From Piedraia hortae CBS 480.64 (Eukaryota): DNA of 64,000 nucleotides. Made by a program: the position numbers and the translations under genes. Shown in pieces: positions 59,410-64,000 of this stretch. The stretch's first letter is position 1. Every line of letters begins with the position of its first letter. Below the pieces are notes generated by a model. It worked only from the letters and a program-made list of their open reading frames with translations. It made no database searches and had not been told where the DNA came from. Where the stretch lies: assembly GCA_010093745.1 (NCBI GenBank), contig MU005996.1, forward strand, positions 62,001-126,000, in the 5' to 3' direction.

Positions 59410-59800
59410 TTGTCCGATATCATACTGCAATTTCTTCTTTCCTGATAGTCGACTCCAGTCTTGTCCAAGAATGTTAGCAAACCAGCCCATTGCTCTCTGG
59501 GCCTTGTTGTGGTAATCAGGATTTCTTTCCAGAACAATCGTTGACGTGTATGCCCTAATCTCGTCCCCTGGCGAGAAAATTGTCAAATTTGATCCAACTT
59601 CTTCGATTTGGCATACTTCATTGTCGCATGCTACCATGCCGCCACAAAGCACGGCTTCTTCGCAGATGCACCAGCGCTGCTCACCTACGGATTCGGCTTC
59701 TGGTTTGTCTCTAACCATTGCCTCCGGTTCAGCTTTAGGCTCGCCTTCACACTCGGCATCTAGCTTATTTTCATGCATTGCTTCGGAATCAGCTTCTGGC
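59410..59800 (-). pseudogene. Degenerate ING-type PHD finger remnant preceded by short acidic repeats
   Basis: EQRWCICEEAVLCGGMVACDNEVCQIE matches the first half of an ING PHD; the WFH and final CxxC are not intact. Confidence 0.5.
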
Positions 59801-59902
59801 CTGTTTTCGGGTTCTTTATGTCACACAAACTTTGATGTAGCTGAACATTTGCTCGTTTCACATTATCGAAAAACTGAAGGACCTTTGAAGTTTCAACTTC
59901 CG

Positions 59903-62900
59903 CTAGAATGAAATTTTGCCTGTAAACTGTAATACAGTAAACCCGTTGTCCTGGTCCGTAATGACCATTGCCCGCCCGCACGAAATCCACCTTCTTGGTG
60001 CCAGCTGACCAGGGAGTTTGAACAATTTTTGGCCATTCACAGTGATCCATTTTCCACCATCATTTTCCAAGGCCCAGAGTTCGCGGTTTCCAGTGATCGA
60101 AAAGGCCTTGGTTGGGGCCGATAGGTTAGTCCAGATCTCAGCGTGATCCGCATCATTGGCCTCTAACCGAACCAAGGATAACGGAAGGACTGGACCCCCG
60201 AAGCTGCCATCAATAAGTATTGAGCCATGATGACAAACATTGATGTCATAGTGGCCAAGTTCGCGTCGCTTGCATGTATTTTCAACATCCAATTCACATA
60301 TTTCTTCTCCAGGGTTGATGGTGTATAGCTTCCGACCATCTGCCGAGAACAGAGCGTCTTGCACCAAGCTCGCCTCGCTTTGTACCGACAGAGTTTGTGA
60401 TTGGAGACTCCAAATCTTGATTCTGTCATATTCGTACGGTACAGACGCAAAAAGTTGCCCGTCTGGAGAAAATAGGATCTTTGTGATGATCTTCGAGTGC
60501 CCCAAGATCATGTTTTGCTGGATACCACTTGTCAAGTCGAACGTGCGAATCTGACCTTCAGAGAAGCCGCAAACTAGAGTTTCGCTTTTCGGAGAAATCG
60601 CGAGAGCAGTAATCTCCATCGGCTCGTCGACTAGCACTCTTACTTTATTTGACTCAAGGTCCCATATTAACGCACAGCCCCAGGTGCTCACGCATGGTAC
60701 AACCACCCAGCGATTGTTCGATGACACCACGATGTCTGTGGACATGGGGCCAAGGAGCCTCTGATCTGACAATCGTTGCTTGCAAGTCTGCGTTTCAGTG
60801 CTCCAAAGACTGAGTTGGTGCTTATCTTGGGACAATGAGACGAGCCATCGGCAATCCGTTGACAATGCGACAGTAGCAGTGCCTGTTTCGAGCCGCCGGC
60901 TCTTGAGTGCCAGGTTTGCATCCATTTGTAGTACCGAACCATATCTATGGCCTGCCCAGATTGTCCTTCCGTCAGGCGAGAATGCCATGGATTTGATGGC
61001 AAGGTCATCTAAGAGTAGCGTTATTGGCTCAGATCTTGTTTCGAAGTCGTACAGGAATAAACAGCTGTTGGTCGATATTAAAACCTTCCGGCTGTCGGGA
61101 GTAACCAGAAGACAAAGGACAATATAGCCTCCCGCTTCCATGACGAGGTCAAGCCTTTGACTATCGCTGCAAAATATCCATATTCCGCCTGCCTGAGACC
61201 AAAAGATGACAGAATTGTCGTGTGGCAAAACGGCAATTTTGCGAACGACATCATTTGCCCGACAAACCGTCTCATGCCCAGCTTTTGCGCTCCATCGCGA
61301 GATGGTTGTGGATCCCCAAAACACTGTTTCGTTATCTGACGAGAACACCATGCACGATGGTGAAACATCGTGCTCCTGAATCACCTCTCCGGTGTTGTTG
61401 ACAGTATCCCAAATGTAGACACCGGTAGGGTATAGGCTCCACGCAGCATATCTGCCATCTGAAGAAACCGAAGTGCGCCTTGCATTGGCAGGCAGCTTCA
61501 AATCAACTCTTCTGACTTCTTCCTTAAATTTCCACCTCCAAAGTTCTCCCCCATCTCCGGCTATGATCACGTCGTCATTTTGCGAAGGGGTTGAAGCAAC
61601 ACTGCAAGATCCAACTTCCAAACACTGATCTTCGGTGCCGCTTTCAATGTCCCATAATCGTACTGTTTCATCCGCAGCAATGGTTACAAGCTTTCTGCCG
61701 TCGATCGAAGGCGCGATTGACAGAACAGTTGCACTATGTCTAAACGTTTGCAAAACAGGGCCCCAATCACTCTCGACTGGTGACCAAACTTGCAAGAAGT
61801 CGTCCATTTCATGCTTGAAGCTATATTTTACAACACTGTTGCTCGGCGCGAAGGCCAGTGCAGAGAGATAAGCATGGAGCGGTGCTTCGCTGATCATATT
61901 TCGATTTTCTGGTACCCATCTTAGAGCATCGGCGACAAAGGAGTATAGTCTGGGCGATGACTGTGACTGCGCGGGTTTAGGCATACTTTCGGCAGACTGA
62001 AACGGAAGCGATACATACGTCGATGACCTGTTGCAGCTGCTTTAGGCATAATACCATTTCTCCAAGCTTGTCCAGCCAGGCCATTGCCTCTGTCCAATGA
62101 AGGAGGAATGTGCGTAGGAAACGATCAACTTGTCCACCATCTTCAATTGTCTCATTGCTATGGATCGCATGGCTGGTCCAGTAGCGGCAGGCGTACTGTA
62201 CTGACTCGGGAATGTGCTTTTCGACATGCTCTGCGGACACATCTTTGCGTTTCGTTGCTGGATGTTTCTGCTTGCAGACATCGCGGCCAAGCTTGTTCTT
62301 GAGCAAGTCCATGCATCTGATCTGGAGTATACCGTGAGTCTCGCCTTTGTCAATCCAGAATTCAGGATGGTTCTTGAGACTAGAATCCATGAGGAAGTCT
62401 CGAAAAGATTCGTGATAAGCCCGTACCGTAGCCCGTGAGCCCGCCTTGACCTCTTTGCCGCTTGGAAACTCAATTACGGAACTCAAGGGATTGAGAGCAT
62501 TAGCAACCATAGTATTCCCTCCCAAGAGATCTGCAAGTGCCGGGATGGTGAGAGAAGAATGGAGAAGGGCGAATGGCTTGATGACTTGGCCGAACCAGTC
62601 CAGCCAATCGTCGTCGAACTTAGCAGCTTGGTTCAAAATGTCTAGATAGATTGCGGTCAGCGCTTTTGTACCGGTAGATCTGAGCCCGTTCACCCGATCT
62701 TCAAGACGTCCTGGATCATTTTTTGCATCCCTAAGGATAGTTGAAGCCGCGATGAAAAGGGGCTTAGATACTTCAACGAGTTTATCGATGACAAGTTCCC
62801 CTGGCCAGTCATCCTCTAGCTCATCATAGCTGGACTCATTCCTGCTCTGCTCGCGAAGCTTCCGTAGTTCATCGTTACAGAACAGTCTCAGGTCGTCTTC

Positions 62901-64000
62901 GATGGTACTTAATTGCCAGTCTTCAAGCTTCTCGTAATGAAGATACTTGGGATCCAACTGGCCGAGCGTGCCCCGGATCTCCACGTCCGACCGACTCGTC
63001 ACAAATACCCTCAAGTTCAATGTAGTATGAGCACCCAGCTTCGGCCAAAGTTTCATGGCTTGCCCTATTGCTCGTCTGGCGTCGCACTCATCGAGTGCAT
63101 CGATGACAATCGCCCTGACATCGGTTGCAGACCTCGTGCTATACCCTGAAAGCGGTCTCTCAATGAGCATCTCGAACTGGTTTTCCAAGGACTTTGAATC
63201 TGCATCAGAAGGTGAGTCACGAAAGGCATCAGCGATACTGTCACTGATGCTAGGTATCGAATAGGCCATTTGACGAGCAATGGTGGGAAACAGATATTGA
63301 GCATTGCTCAGTTCGCCGCCGCCGCGCTTAAAAAAGAAGCTGCCCACCAAATACCCCTGTTTCGCCAATTCATGGGCAACGGTTCGAGCAATTGTAGATT
63401 TACCCGTCCCAGCTTTTCCAGATAGCCAGAATACCCTTTTTTCATCGTCGGTGGTGGCCCACTTTTGTATGGTCTCTGTGATATCGACTCGGGTACCGTC
63501 TAAACACAACTGGAAGTCACCATCCTGACTGTGGCTACTGTAGTCCCTCGAGTCGTAAGCCGCCCGCTTAGCGTATCGAAGAGCACTAAGATCTAGAGTT
63601 TTTTGAACGCCCTTAACTCCCTGATTGATTTCCTCCTGGGCCTTGCTCAATGCCTCCAGCTGTTTATTTACCCAAGTCTGCTGTTTCTTCGACACCTCGT
63701 CATTCACAGCTGGACGATGGATCTCAATGGTTTCCAGCATCCTGTTGTGCGTGTCTTTGAAGTTTGGTATAACCTCACCAGTCAGAGAGTGCACCATACG
63801 TTCTAGCCGATTCATGTCGCAAGTATTATGGGCATGGGCAAGGAAGCACAGAATGAGGCCGTATAGCTTGACGATATTGTTGTATAGATATTCAATGGAT
63901 GATGTCGCATCGACCTCGCGGTAAATGGCAAGGTACGCGGCCAGGAGACGATTGGTATCTAGCACCGTTTCGATTCCGTCCAGTATCGATTCACTCTGCA
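59903..64000 (-). CDS. NACHT-WD40 NLR (HET-E/NWD-like), 5' end outside window; intron 61967-62018
   Basis: CLDGTRVDI...W...VFWLSGKAGTGKSTIARTVA, FFFKRG, IVIDALDEC, VTSR, HESFRDFL, YACRYW, APLHAYLSALAFAP, then WD40 repeats. Confidence 0.93.

Overview
Eukaryotic DNA from a filamentous ascomycete: compact genes, very short spliceosomal introns (mostly 42-52 nt), and intergenic islands of decayed transposons. Most of the window is housekeeping genes: NDUFA12-family, GET3, Apc15-like, IWS1, TOM5 (reconstructed by splicing), FES1, actin, an FAD oxidoreductase, NUP57, NDUFA8, an amino-acid permease, DUF2011, BET1-like SNARE, GLT1, RPC31, formin SepA, HUS1, MSS1, formate dehydrogenase, MSO1, SNF4, and a NACHT-WD40 NLR that runs off the right edge. 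The standout observation is a divergent pair of small paralogous genes (51110-51379 minus, 53113-53662 plus). They consist almost entirely of tandem GRDGYN hexapeptides (7 and 14 copies) separated by variable X-Pro linkers. Both carry an intron at the same position in the last repeat; splicing makes each protein begin M-GRDGYN and end GRDGYN-stop. They lack a signal peptide and KR sites, so they do not fit the dikaritin/Kex2-repeat precursor pattern, and are candidate precursors of an undescribed cytosolic multi-core peptide/RiPP-like system. No tailoring enzyme is recognisable beside them. Also present: a nested cluster of solo LTRs with an 88-119 bp AGTT...AACT mini-element family showing TSDs, a long-TIR MITE-like element, hAT, TPR and PHD relics, a frameshifted CWC21 copy, and a secreted four-Cys elicitor-like protein. 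All family assignments are from motif recognition by eye; no searches were run.
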